Shown here piece by piece: positions 13,076-26,907 of a stretch of 64,000 nt of DNA. The DNA is taken from the NCBI GenBank assembly GCA_951406725.2, contig OX597828.1:1984001-2048000 (forward strand), read 5' to 3'. The DNA comes from Octopus vulgaris. Lineage: Eukaryota. Each line of letters opens with the position of its first letter. Position 1 is the stretch's first letter. The position numbers were made by a program, and so were the translations under genes. The notes under the pieces were generated by a model. The model was not told the DNA's origin. It made no database searches and saw only the letters and a program-made list of their open reading frames with translations.

Positions 13076-13457
13076 GTTCTAGCTTTGGTGCAACAGTCCA
13101 GCTACTTATTGATCAGACCTCGTATAAACTTTATATACTTTATGCACAATTTTGTAGACTTGATACACAATACTCTCCATCTTTCTTTCTCACTCTTCGC
13201 CTTACTCTCTTTTTCTCTCTGTTTTTTCTTTCTCTCTTCGCCTTCCCCTTCGTCTAATCACGTTAAAGCATTACAAACGTGTTAAGTAATGGAGGGAAAA
13301 TATTTAGTTAAAATAATTACACATTTCACTCACCACCACCTCAGCCTCTCGCTTCCCTGCTCATCCACTTTTTCTCCCCCACCACATCCCATTTCTCACC
13401 TCCTCCTCATCCCTTTTCAATCACCCCGAATCCCATTTCTCTCCCGTTTCCATCCCT
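13076..13457 (+). repeat. 382-bp inverted duplication, right arm
   Basis: See 11783-12164. Confidence 0.95.
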
Positions 13458-14389
13458 TTTCTCCTACCCTTCCCCCACTACCCCCCCCCTACGGACGGGC
13501 TAATTAACGGAGTGACAAGCAGAATTATTATAAGATTTATTTCATTACTCACAAATGTCTAAAGTATTAACGAGAGTACAGAAAGGAAATAAATAGGAAA
13601 ACACCGGGTTGAAGAAATAATAGAAGGTTTAAGGTAAGCAGGGATCGCATCACAGGCTGATGGGACCTGTTACTAGTACCATGTAAACCAGTGCTAACAG
13701 TTTCATGGTTGAGTTGTCGATGACTAAACCAGCTTCCCCACTTGAGTAGCTTGCTACTCTTCTGAGGAGGGTGTTTAGACATCCTAAAACCAAGACCTAC
13801 CGAAAGGAGGATGATCGCCATGAGGGCCATCCAGTTGGAAAAAGCAATTCCAAACCACCCCAGTATCTCTGTCTAGAACACACTATGAGAAAGTTAGAAA
13901 GAAGTAACGCTATGGATCCATCCAATGGAAGAACTAGCGTTTAATCGGGAAGACTTTCGTTGTGGCGTCATCAAAAGCGTACGATATATGACGACGACGA
14001 TGCTGAAGAAAAGCTAGCTCCTTCGCCTAATTACGGAAGTAAAACATTTGTGAAGGTTTACGCATGGTAATAACATAAAGTCATGGTAAATGTTATGACG
14101 TTGTACATGATTTCGAGAACAATTTCGACATTAGCATGAATAAATGTGAGAAGCAGTTCGGGTTGAATCTGTGTTTTGGGATCAGTGCAATAAATACAAG
14201 AATATCCTTGATTGTTGAAAGTTCCTGAAAACATTTCAGACACGTTTACAATTTCAAGGGCACAAAATACAAAAGCAACAACAACAACAACAACAACAAT
14301 ACAAAATGTTCGGAAATGTAAATTTACACGATAATAACAAACGCACCACCAACAACAGCAGAGATTCAAGACATGGGGTTTTTATATGA

Positions 14390-14545
14390 GATAATTCTGC
14401 TTGTCACTCCGTTACTTAGCCCGCCCGTCACTCTTTGAAGAAGGGGAGGAATAGTAGGGAAAGGGAGGAGAAAGGGAATGGAGAGGGGAGAGAAATGGGA
14501 TGGGGAGGTGAGAGAAAGGGGATGAGGAGGGGTGATATATGAGAT
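14390..14545 (-). repeat. Second copy of an unclassified repeat terminus (other copy ~13380-13530, + strand)
   Basis: ACGGGCTAA.TAACGGAGTGACAAGCAGAATTAT, preceded by a CT-rich tract, in both copies. Confidence 0.7.
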
Positions 14546-15629
14546 TAAAATCTGAAATCGACAAAAGGATTGATAGTCTATTGAGCAACAGTTGGTCAAT
14601 ATTTTGCAAACCGAGTGTCGCTCAGTTGAGTTTGTAGAAGAGTTCGATAATTATTCTTTGAAAGATGAAGAATCTTGCGTTTACGGTTCTTATTCTTCGT
14701 TTAAGTCTGAGGAAGATTGAAAAGATTGTATTGAAGGAAGTGAGGATGATTTGGTGTAAGAGAGTTAGAAGTTTCGAGTACGAAGAAGGAAACAGGAAAT
14801 GGAGAGGAAAGTGTCAAAAACTAAAATTCAGGAAAGATGAGGAGGTAGTGTTCCAATCAGAAGAGAAGCGGTAGACAAATGGTAAAGGTGGTAACTCATA
14901 CCCAAATCGTTTTCCTTTTTATGGCCGTCAGATTGAATTCATTCCAGTTATATTGATGCACAAACTACTCATGGAAGTAAACCTTTATATCGTTGTCACT
15001 TTTATTACTACTATTTTAGTTTCTAATATTAAGACTGTCCACGATCTTTTGTAAAGATCAAGGGAATGCTGCATCTCTCGGTGGCGGATCGGAGATATCG
15101 TGCAAACAAAACCATGGACTGAAGCAGGTCTATACCAACATGCAATACGTCAACTCCTTAAAAGACTCAACGAAACTTGACCGGATGTCCAGCCGGGAGG
15201 TTAATGACAGATAAAAGGAGATCTATTTGTCCAGCAATAAGAGAGAAATGGCTGATTTGATTATTATGACAGCTGCATATGTTACTGACATTATCAAAGA
15301 CACATTATCATTGTAGTTTTTATTTTTACTAATGCTATTATACCAGATAGGTGATACTAGAATTATTACAAGGTTCCCATTGCACTCAAATGGTTGGCAT
15401 AATCACCATCCTTCTCCGAAGAACGAAGTTGGCTGCTATTATCGTCTGCCAACGTCACCATCACAATAATGTCGAAATGAATTCCTGTTGCGTAGGAAAC
15501 AGAATTGTCAAGATTATTTCTGATGGAAGATATTTAATGCTGAAACTTACTCTCTCTTTACCCTTCTCTCTCTCTCAATCTCTCTCTCTCTCGTGCTTTG
15601 ATAAGAATAATTCGGTCAATATACCTCCC

Positions 15630-15770
15630 TAGATTGATACTTTATTTTATTGATTCCAAAAAGTTGATGGGCAAATTTCACCTTCGTGGTAATTGAACTC
15701 GGAGCGCAAAGAGTCGGAACAAATGCCGCTAGATATTTTGTTCTATGCTCTAATGACTCTGACGCCGCCA
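15630..15770 (-). mobile_element. Old SINE copy of the 1914-2297 family
   Basis: Degenerate GATACTTTATTTTATTGATTCCAAAAAGTTGATGGGCAAA...TTGAACTC. Confidence 0.55.
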
Positions 15771-16875
15771 AAGTGTGTAAAATATTTTTAGAGTGACATA
15801 AAGATCATTAATATTCCTGCAATATTCCCATTAACGTTTAATGGAAGAAATAATTGACTTTTAGGAAAACTCTGTGTTGATTCACCTCGTCCTCTCAGTG
15901 AAGTCAAAATACCCTTTTCAATTTTATAGTTATTGTCTCGAAACCTTTATGGATTGAATTTCGTTCACTTTCATTTCCCTAAAGGAATCCTTTCATTTGC
16001 GAGAATTTCGGGGGAAAATGGACTCCATTTACTTGCCACTGGTATTGTTCAGCATAATGCAAAAATTAAATTTCCAACCTAACAAATACTTTTTTCTTTC
16101 CCTTTAACAGATAATTTTGACATTTGATACTATAAGTAGCATTCTGGTTTCTGTTGCACACACTACTGCAAATAGCTCACTATTTTTTATTTAGTTTATT
16201 ATTATTATTTACTTTCTTAATGTTTATTCATCGATCCCTCGGTAAAAACAAAAAGGAAATTTATGAATCGATCGTTAGCTTTATTTAATAATTTTACCAT
16301 GATTTTTGGAGTGTGTGTCAAAGGTTAGTTCAATTATGGAACATCAATAGAAAACAAAACCTCAGTAGTAGAGCACATTTCATGAATAGCACTTTTATAT
16401 TCTTCATGGAGTTATGAATGCAGAGAGAAACAGGATGTGTTATTTGTTTCAACATATAGAACAGAGATGATATCGAACATTAAATATTGAGTTATATATA
16501 ATCGCTTGGATGTGCGATATCAATACTTTTTAATTCGAGGATTCTCATATGAAAACCTTCAATCACTAAAATACATATGTAAAGCAGGTTCCAGTGGTGC
16601 GATGTAATATAGTACATTGTATGTATGTGTTTATGTGTGTATATATGTAATACATAATGCATATATATGCTACAAACCAAAACAATTTTATTCGCTTTGC
16701 AACATATTTACGCAATGTAGATGAATTAAGCAATACAAAAACGAATGTAAGCATTTTATTACATAGTATACTTTGTAAAAGAAAAATTCAGGCGGTTATA
16801 TTATTTGTGTTTACTGAGTGTAGTGGAACATTTTAACGTGTACATTTGAATCTTATGTATATCTACATGTAATAT

Positions 16876-16879
<4 letters not shown>

Positions 16880-16945
<66 letters not shown>

Positions 16946-16976
16946 ATAATATAATAGTTTGCTATACTAACAAATG

Positions 16977-17068
<92 letters not shown>

Positions 17069-17228
17069 CGAAGCAATATATACGTTTGTACTTATGTATC
17101 TACATACACACACATACATACATACGTAAACACACACACATACATACGTACATACATACATACATACATACATACATACATACATACATACATACATACA
17201 TACATACATACATACATACATACATACA
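16880..17228. repeat. Microsatellite cluster (TA)n, (TAA)n, (TACA)n
   Basis: Direct reading. Confidence 0.95.
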
Positions 17229-19486
17229 TTTATTGTCTGAAAATTATTCTGGGTAACAAAGCTACATAAAATGTTTTCAAATTCAATGGCGAGAGAATTC
17301 CTATAGAAAATGGAACTTAAATATAGTTTCAATTTTTATTTAGTTTCGATGATTCATGTAGAAAAGAATTTCTTTGAGAAAAGAAAATATGAAATTATAC
17401 GTTTTTTTTTTAATGTTTCCAAAGTTATGAGTTCTGTACTTGAGTCATTTGCTACATTCTGTTTATTCTTGTGGAACACTTGAGATATATCTATTCCAAG
17501 ACTTCCAGAATGGATTGTATTTAGTGATGCTTGAAACATTATTGAAAATCGTTAGATCAATTTATGTGGATAAATGCATAAACATTCTGGTTAATTGGAG
17601 AATACGTGAGTATATGTTGTAAATGCAATGAAGTATGACTTGTTTAATGTATACACTTATTATCTATTTATGCTAACGGTATAGCTTTAGCAATGAGATT
17701 GATTAAAAGGGAACATTGTTGAACAAATGTCTTTCAGTATTATCTGGATGCCTCATGTTTCTGAAACCTTCAAGTATGACCGTCTGCTTTACAATAAATA
17801 TATTCCATGGGCGTTGTTTCCCAAGCGATTTTATCTTTCCCTTACATCTCTCACATCTCCACAAACATCACGGTTTACTTATAAAAAGCATTACTGTTGG
17901 CCATAGTCAATAAAATATAAAACGTGTAATATTTACATGCAATCATTGTACACCTTTCATGCATATATTGACAAAACTATATTTTAGCATATTTTGTATA
18001 ACACTAACATTTTGTTCTATTTGAACAGCACTACGTGGGGGGGGGGGGGTTACCGTTTATAGCTTGTTACCGTTCATAGCTCTTACTAGGTCTTATAATT
18101 ATTGTAATAAAGTATGAAAACATAATATAAAATGTCACTTGTATGTCGCTGTTACAAAAAATTAATGTGAGGTAAATAACAGAAACCTTGCTTCTATTAA
18201 TTCATTATTTTATTGTAATATCCGTTCTACATTGTAATGCACCGTGAACTAAATAAAAACTTTGTTGTTTATTACTATTTATATTGTATGAAAAAGCTTG
18301 CAGAAAGCTTTGTTCGTGAATACTTTCTTTAGTCTTGTAGACGAACTAAATAAAAAATAAAAATATTTACTTTTATGGAAGACTGTAAACTAATTCGAAA
18401 CTTAGAGGTAGCAGAAATATATAATCGTTTTAGATTATACCAAGTCAAGAAAGTAAAAGGCCTATATACATTTTCTGCATTCTCCAATTTTGCCTGTCTA
18501 CAGTCTATTAGATTCTATTTTACTCTTCACGAGATCAATGAAAGAAGTAGAGACATGTTCAGTGGTTCAATCACTTCACGTTACACCTCAAAAATATGCA
18601 AGTAAAAAACTATTAAACTCTTAAAATTGTTTTCTTCCACGTGTATTGTCTTTGACAGAAAAGTGTAAACTAATTGGTAACACCCACAAAATTTTACAAA
18701 GAAACTCAAATAATCACGTGTCCATACAGACACAAACAATTTACCTAACATCTTTTTTAATTACTATTGTATTTTGGCAAACTATTTGGTACTTATCAGT
18801 GTTTTATGAGATAAAAGGCACTTTTCAAACAAATGAGGTGGTGGGAACATCAAAGGCTATGAAATAAATATTCGAAGACTCACGTCTGCAATCAAATCTT
18901 ATTTCCTGGTTATAGTTAAATACTCTCATGTCTTTCAAAAGACATAATTTAATTCTGTTTTTCCTAGAGTTAATCTCTGCTATGGAAAGTGATTAATTAA
19001 ACTCCTGTGATCCGCGTTTACGCCTTAGAAGGCGCAACTTCGTTCGTCTAAATACTTGACAGATATAAAAGCGTCAATTAGCAGGTCGCAAACATAAAAC
19101 GATGTGATCATCTCCTTTTGCTTCTTTCAGGGGTTCTGTCAAGTAAAAATCACTCGTTGTTTTAAAGGGTTGATTTACAATATTAGTGTGCATACAAATA
19201 TGCATATATTCTCGCGCACCTGCTTACAAAGAAAAACCTGCCACTCACACACTTATATTTAGGAGATAGTAGATTGAGAGACAAAGCCATTTTAGTTAAT
19301 CTCAGAGCGGTATTCAAAGAATGAGTGTCTTCAATGATTCAGCAAATAGGTAATGCTATTTAAACCTTAAATAGACCTTAAATATAGCATATAAAGAAAT
19401 TATAGAATGTTTACTGTAAGTTCGATATCAGGCGCTATTGAAGTAAGGAGAGTTTAATCGAACTGTATATATATATACATATATAT

Positions 19487-19680
19487 AGGGAGAATTCACA
19501 AAAAAGCCCCAAAGAACGAAGACAGGTGGTGTAGACAACAAACAGATTAGTATAACGCTCAGGAAATGAAAAAGTCTTTAACTTTTCGAGCCTACTCTCT
19601 TCCACAGAAAGGAACACAGAAAGAAACAAGGAGAGAAAATAAAGAATGTGTAGTGGCTAGCGATCTATCATGGCGAAATA
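19487..19680 (-). mobile_element. Penelope pLTR-like short repeat with a degenerate hammerhead (same family as 36355-36527)
   Basis: Minus strand CTTT-CTGTGGA-AGAGAGTAGGCTC-GAAAAG-TTA-AAG. Downstream TACACCACCTGTCTTCGT...GTGAATTCTCCC runs into (TA)n. Confidence 0.65.
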
Positions 19681-19898
19681 CATGCATATATGGGTACAGG
19701 AAGTCACCAACGGTGCAAATAACATGAAATGCGTAAACGAACGAGTAAAATAGTAAAGAACGAGAAAAAATGGAAATAACTGAGATGGTAAACGTTTTTA
19801 ATTTTCATTCCTTTCAAAAATTTATCCTCATTTGGTGGTTTTGAGTTTTCTACTACTCTTTCTAGCACAAGGCTTTCCTATTTGGAAGCCTCTTATTG

Positions 19899-19954
<56 letters not shown>

Positions 19955-20059
19955 AATATACATAAATTTAGATTCAGATGAATCTAAATTAATTTGAGGA
20001 ACCAGGATAGAGTATGGTATTATCCATACAATTTCAAAATAAGGTTATTAAAATCAAAA

Positions 20060-20430
20060 TAAGCAACAAGGATGTCCTGTGGATATCTTGCATGTCCGAG
20101 ACCATCATTTACGAAGCCACTAAGGACACAGCTTCGACGAAGAAATACGTGGGCCTTACAGAAGGTAATTTCAAGGAGAGGTTCAATAATCACACCTTGA
20201 GCTTCAGGCACTGGGATAAAAGGAAAATGACCAAATTATCCAGTCATATATGGTCCTTAAAAGATAAAGGTGTCAGTCACAACATCCATTGCAAGATCTT
20301 GGCCAAGTGTAAGCCCTACACCAACGGCAGTGGAAAGTGCGGTCTTTGTGATATGGAAAGATGGCTCATCTGGAAAAGCAGCTTAGAAACCCGCTACATG
20401 TCTGAATTCAAGAACTGAACTGTGGCCAAA
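20060..20430 (+). pseudogene. Penelope-like element GIY-YIG endonuclease fragment (Naiad-like motifs)
   Basis: CMSETIIYEA...YVGLTEGNFKERFNNHTLSF...LSSHIWSLKD...PYTNGSGKCGLC..E, then LNSRTEL in another frame. Confidence 0.85.
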
Positions 20431-21341
20431 TATTTGTTACGTTTTTGGTCCCCCCCGAGACTACAGACAGAACTTGCTTTCTATATTGAGTCCACGCACA
20501 AGATTTTTATTTCTTTATACCTTTTACTCATATTTCTTATATATTTTTATTTTTATTTATATCTTTTATATATATATATTTTTCTTACATATTTATAGAG
20601 ATATTGGTTTATAGATTTATTGCTTATATATTCTTTACACATAATTTTTCTGTATTCTACCTTCCACCCTACATTTTTCCTTATGTGTATATATATACGT
20701 GTATATGGAATCTTTAATGCGCGCGTGTGTATGTGTGCATGTGTGCGTGCATGCAAGTACGTGCGTATATAGATGTAATTTACTCAATGTTTTTACACAT
20801 TTTCCTGTATTTTTGCCTTTAGCACTGTTTTTTCTTGTCTTTGTGAGCATATAGACGTATGTATGATTTTTTGTGCACGTGTGTGTGTGTACGGGTATGT
20901 GCGTGCATAAGCGTGTGTGTGCGCGTGCATAAGGGTATGTGCGTATATAGACGTGTATACTCCCTTATATCTTTTTTGAATTATTACCCATAGCCTTGTT
21001 TTTTCTTGTGCTTGTGCGTATATAGACGTGTGTATGAACCTTTATGTGTGGGTTTGTATGTATATACGTATACATTTGGTGAATGGTGCGAGTGAGGATA
21101 TGTACGTTTTCAAGTGAGGGTAGATGAATGTATACTTTTAGGCGCACGCACGTAGGTGTGCGGGTGCGCATGTGTAGGTATGAACATGCGCGCTTACGCG
21201 ATACTATGAACCTTTTACGCATTACTTTTACTCCCTCCCCTCACTTAGCGGTCCTTCAAATAGCTCTTTTGTCTTAATAACGGTCAATCACACAGTAATT
21301 TCCCTTTGTATAACGGTCATTTTCATAGCATTTTCCCGATG

Positions 21342-21410
21342 GCCGGTAACTGAAGAGATGGCGGCGTGGATTTCCACCTCGACATCCGAAACTCAGAGTT
21401 TTATCATGGC
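21342..21410 (+). ncRNA. Minimal type-I hammerhead ribozyme in the 3' region of the Penelope-like element
   Basis: Stem I GGUAA/UUAUC, core CUGAAGA, stem II GAUG...GUGGA-UU-UCCAC...CAUC(C), GAAA, stem III ACU-CAG-AGU. Triplet GUU, predicted cut after 21400. Confidence 0.75.
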
Positions 21411-21437
21411 TAACGAATAATTGTCACCTATTACATT

Positions 21438-21506
<69 letters not shown>

Positions 21507-21742
21507 TTTAAACTCGTTTATTGAAACATTAGGGGTATGTAAATAAAGCTCCTATTTCATTATGACGAGTGGGTTGTACCGATTTCATGTAGCATAAACA
21601 TAATAATAACAATTATTCTAGGATAGAATTTATAAATATCTAACACATCTCTACGCACGTTTCCACAACCACATGAATTTAATGCCAGAGTCTGTATCCT
21701 TGGGAGTAGTACACTATAGTCCGTATTATCCGATTCATTCAC

Positions 21743-21800
<58 letters not shown>
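21743..21800. repeat. (ATT)n microsatellite
   Basis: Direct reading. Confidence 0.95.
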
Positions 21801-21801
<1 letters not shown>

Positions 21802-21814
21802 CACTCGATGCAAA

Positions 21815-21970
21815 CGCATGGCTCAGTGGTTGTAGTGTCGGACTCACAATCATGAGTTAGTGAGTTCAATTCACAGACTGGGTTGTGCCTTGTGTTCCGG
21901 AGCGAGACATTATTTCACGTTGCTCTACATCACTCAACTGTAGAAATGAGTTGAGACGTCATTGGTACAC
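21815..21970 (+). mobile_element. tRNA-derived SINE 5' part
   Basis: A-box TGGCTCAGTGG, B-box GAGTTCAATTC, core TTGTGTTCCGGAGCGAGACATTATTTCACGTTGCTC...AAATGAGTT. Confidence 0.75.
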
Positions 21971-23385
21971 TTTTGTGCTCTTCAGCATTATTCATCTATA
22001 CGAGCTTCTTCCTCGAGTCGAAATGTTGCGGCTTTCTACAATATATCCATGTTAAGATATAGAGAATGCGATTAAGTACTTTCCTGTTATATAATCATCT
22101 TCAGGTTGTAGCTGCATAAACGTTTGAAACGGAACTTCAAACCCTCTCAAACCAATAAGATCAATACGTGCGTATGTGTGTGCATACATGCACTCACGCA
22201 CGCGCGCAGACACACACACACAATGTATACCCATTATGGACTATAGATATTTTCAATTAAAGCAGAATATATTTTATTATTTCGTTTATAAGTTTTCAGT
22301 GTAAGTATAAACGTTCGCTTTATTTCACATGGTTCTTTTTTATTTTAAGAAATGTGACTTCAACAAAATTCGCTCAAAACAATATTAAATTACTAAAGGC
22401 CATGTGTATGCCATTGATATTTTGGGTATTTCCAATATACTCAATAAAGTGAAATGAAAGCCAAAGCCAAACGGTCAGCAGTGTTTATGCAGTGTATATC
22501 GAACAGCTGGTCAATCTCCTACATATGCTCTTTACATTTCTGTGTACATCAAAACGGTTTTGTTTCGTATTGTTAATAATTAATATTTTATTGTACACTT
22601 GTTTATGTGTTCAAAGTACCACTTATTAATTCAGATTTATTGAAGAAAATTCTTCTTCTCTCACTCGTATATTTTTAAGTATGTTTCATCACTTTGCTAT
22701 CCTTAACGTTTCTCTTTATTACATATGTTATATTTGTGTGGAAGGGAATAATGACTACTGAAAGCTTATGCTTAAAACAATGTTGAGCAATTCTTGTTTA
22801 AAAAAAATAATAGACACAATATTTTTCTATCTTTCAACTTTACTTATCTTTCAGACTAGCAATTGAAACAAAGCACATACACACACATATACATCACACA
22901 CACACACACACATGTCGGTATGTATTCTACGTGTGTGTCTGTATGAATTTAAATCTAGTAATATTACTGTATGTATTAATAAAATGTTATATACATCCTA
23001 GAAACGTCAACGATATACATTCTTTTAAGTACAGGAAATTGAAAATGTAATTACCCATGCACACTTATATATTCGAATATCAATAATGTCCCCAAGTTTC
23101 TTTTTCTTCAATTTTGTTTCTGAGTTTCTTCAGTTATTACGCAGCTATACGGTTAAATATTGTCTGCTTTTGTCGTGGAGACAACCAGGAAATGAATCGG
23201 TGCGAGTCACAACTTCAATTTCCTCTAATAACAGCAAACACCAAAGGAGAATAAAAAATATTATATTCATCTCTTGAGAATTTTACTGATTCATGTATAC
23301 ATATATGACCAGACATACACACAAACATATAACTATACATAATAACATATAGATAGAGGGATAAATAAGTAGGTACGTAGACAGA

Positions 23386-23526
<141 letters not shown>

Positions 23527-24149
23527 GAGCTTACTTAATTTCGGTTCTCTTCCACAGAGAGACAGTTAGACCGCCGAAAGCTGATAAATTGAAATCGATA
23601 AACCAAGTGCCTGATTGAAATGATTATGAATCACTGAATTAAATCGGTTGAAAAAAGTATATAAATACATTGATGAGTATAAAAATACCTCCCTTACTTA
23701 GAGAACAACGGGTTGATAAACGCATTGTACTACCCTGTCTTTCACTGAACAAATCTGATTTTCCTGAGCGTTTACTTCAGAAGTATACAATTTCTAAGCG
23801 CAGAAGAATTCTAAATTTACCCTAAAATGAATTGTAAACTAATGCAAAAAATCTATAAAATAAATTGGACATGGGCGATCGTTTTATTCTTTCTTGTCTT
23901 GAGATTCACAGCCAAACGGCTGGGTGGATTCGCACACATGAAAAATGGCACACATGTGGAGACGGGTGCATAGATTGGAATGCGGTTTGTATTTGTTTCC
24001 TAGCCCCCATAGCTTTAATCGAGAAAATCGATTAAAACTTTTTACTAATGGAATTCCCCCGTCATTAAAACAACCAGTTGCTCACACAGCCGATATATAC
24101 CATTTCGCTACCAACAAGAGGAGTACAGGATGACAATTAGCCAAAGCCA

Positions 24150-24374
24150 TTCATACATACATACATACATACATACATGCATACATACATACATACATAC
24201 ATACATACATACATACATACATACATACATACATACATACGTACGTACATACATACATACATACATACATACATACATACATACATACATACATACATAC
24301 ATACATACATACATACATACATACATACATACGTACGTACATACATACATACATACATACATACATACATACAT
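24150..24374. repeat. (TACA)n microsatellite
   Basis: Direct reading. Explains the MYVC/HTYI ORFs. Confidence 0.95.
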
Positions 24375-24849
24375 AACATCTTTTCTCTGACAGTCACTCA
24401 CATATTCACTCACTACAAAAAGTGAATAACAAAATTACAGTTAACGCTCGGTCATACATAGATACATACATCTATGCATACATACATACATACATACATA
24501 CATAACAACCTGCGTGCGCGCGCGCGTGTGTGTGTCACTGAAGCCATTCATACATACATGACCTCTCTCTCTCTCTCGCTTTTTCTCTGTCAATCACTCA
24601 CACATTCACTCACTACAAAAAGTGAATAAAACATTTCAGTTATCTCTGTTTCTTACTCTCTCTCTCTTACTCTCTCTCTCTCTCTCTCTCACATACACAC
24701 ACACCAGCAACATTACTCTCCCTGTCTCTTCACACACACTAACAAAATCAATTCACACACACACCACACATTCTATCTCGCACACACACACATACACACA
24801 TACATACTCTCTCTCTCACACACTCACACACACGCACGCGCATCAATTC

Positions 24850-25346
24850 TTTCGCTTCACGCCAACTTTAAAAGAATTTCACTCATATAATCGCGCTCTC
24901 TCTCTGTCTCTTTCGCTTTCACGCCAACTTCAAAAGATTCCCTTTCCACCCAACCCCATATTAAAAAAATAATAATAATGTTTTTACGGAAACCGACGAT
25001 CATCTTCAAAAATGTAAATAAACACACGTGGTTTATAAGTGGTTTGTAAGTGACAGTCGTGTGTTCCCATATAGAAAGATCGCCCAATGTTTTAATAATT
25101 AGACAGAGATCCAATAGAATAGCTCTCAGAAACTGACTACGTACAAATTCGTTCTTCACAACTCCTGAAGCTGTTTTCTGACAAGGGGTGGGGTCAGGAA
25201 ATGTTTATACAGCTGGAGGCTCCAATCGAAACGGGGGACCAGAAATGATAAGGTTGAGAAACGCTGTTATAGATTATGCCTAACCGAAAACGATCACAGC
25301 CACATCATCCAAACAGACCGGGTGAAACCGGGCTTAGCTGCTAGTA
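24850..25346 (+). mobile_element. Non-autonomous Helitron 3' portion; 5' boundary uncertain
   Basis: CCGG-GTGAAA-CCGG hairpin at ~25318-25331, then CTAG|T at ~25341-25345. Internal repeat TTCACGCCAACTT occurs twice. Confidence 0.55.
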
Positions 25347-26819
25347 TTTATATAAAAACAAGTTTCTACCACATAAATACGAAATGAAATAGACTGTTAA
25401 TATGGGCACTAAACTGCCATGCTAAACATATGCTAGGATTTTATGGGAGCAGTGGACAAACATTGACTATTTTTACTAAATGTACTCTCCGATCAAACTC
25501 TCAAAGACTGATTTTGTCAGAGATAAATCTATCCCAAACAACTCAAAAATGCTAATGAACCACTTTGCGAGCACGGGACTACAAGTAATACGAAGCAGCT
25601 GGGGGCGTGGACTTCTCTGACATAACCAATAGTTTCTAACACGTGTGTGGAAGAGAACTGAAAAACATTTTTGTATTTTATATATCCTTTTCATTTTTGT
25701 AAGTTTTATTATACCTCGAGTTTATTTCTGTATAATAACTTATTTTTATAAACTTTTATTCTGTACCCATATAATCATATCAGGTTTTTCGTCCATGTCC
25801 TTCGTCTTTCTATAGATTTGTTAATCTATTGAACACGTCTTTGTAAACGCTTTAATACTCATCTTATATATCTTGTGGCTAATAAAGAAAAGGTTTTTAT
25901 TGTTGTGGTTGTCGTTGATATCTATTGACAGTGCAGCATCTTGTCGTTCGCTCTCCACAAACTCACTACAGAAAGCGTATTTATTAGTTGCTTTGCTTGT
26001 GTGACGACCAGCAGCCATCAGAGCCAGTTCAGTTTCATTTTTGCCTTTTTCACATGGTAAAATTTTTGCTCATCAAATAAGAGATAAAAGGAGTTTCGCC
26101 GAAAGAAAAAAACTCCATAAAATGATGAACTGTTGGTACAAAGAAATAACAGCCTTCGTCTACCAAAAATGAAGAACCTCTTTCCAGAGGAAACAGGAGA
26201 ATTCTTCCTCGGATTAATGCTGTGACATCTTTGGGAAGCTGAACGAAAACATAAGTACTACAATTCATTGTTTTTGTCTCTCGACCTCAAAATATCATTA
26301 TTTCATATTGATTATTTGACTGTTCAAAATCGAAGTTTTGTCTGGTAGCGTGACTACCTGGAAAAGGATCTCAGGCAACCTAAGACTGTAATTGTATTGA
26401 CAACAATACAGTTTTTTCTGACTCTCAGGGCCTCGTAATACTCCCGTCCGATGAGAAACTGTGTGCATTTTTTAGTAGGCTTAGATTTAATTGGGAGTCT
26501 ATTGCTTAGAAAGGAATAAGTCATTCTTCTCTAACCCAAAAGATGTGAGTTAAGGTCTTAGTTCCAATCCAGCTGTTTAGATATCATAAAAAAATAATCT
26601 AATCGCTGAAAGCACTAAGATTCTCTCTTTACACTTGTAATTAACTATTAAGGAATAATATATACTGTTTCATTGCGTTGTGGCAAGTCTATAAATTTGT
26701 AGGAAGAATTTAAAATTCCCCCAATACGCTCTACTGCTTTTGCCATTTTTCTTGCTTTCAAAACATTCATGTATGCATACATACATACATGAATACATAG
26801 ATACATATATGCATATATG

Positions 26820-26850
<31 letters not shown>

Positions 26851-26874
26851 ATATATTTACACATGTATATATGC

Positions 26875-26907
<33 letters not shown>

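Noticed and set aside
16801-17332. Poly-L, poly-I and MYVC ORFs here and at 24108-24425, 35405-36147, 50688-51139 and 55013-55368
   Set aside because: Translations of microsatellites.
20060-20430. Selenocysteine-containing Naiad endonuclease
   Set aside because: The visible conserved Cys positions use TGT/TGC, and no SECIS could be identified by eye.
25930-26270. Possible exon(s) in a less AT-rich patch; similar patches at 10580-10910 and 43670-43870
   Set aside because: Short open frames on both strands without convincing splice pairs or recognisable protein.
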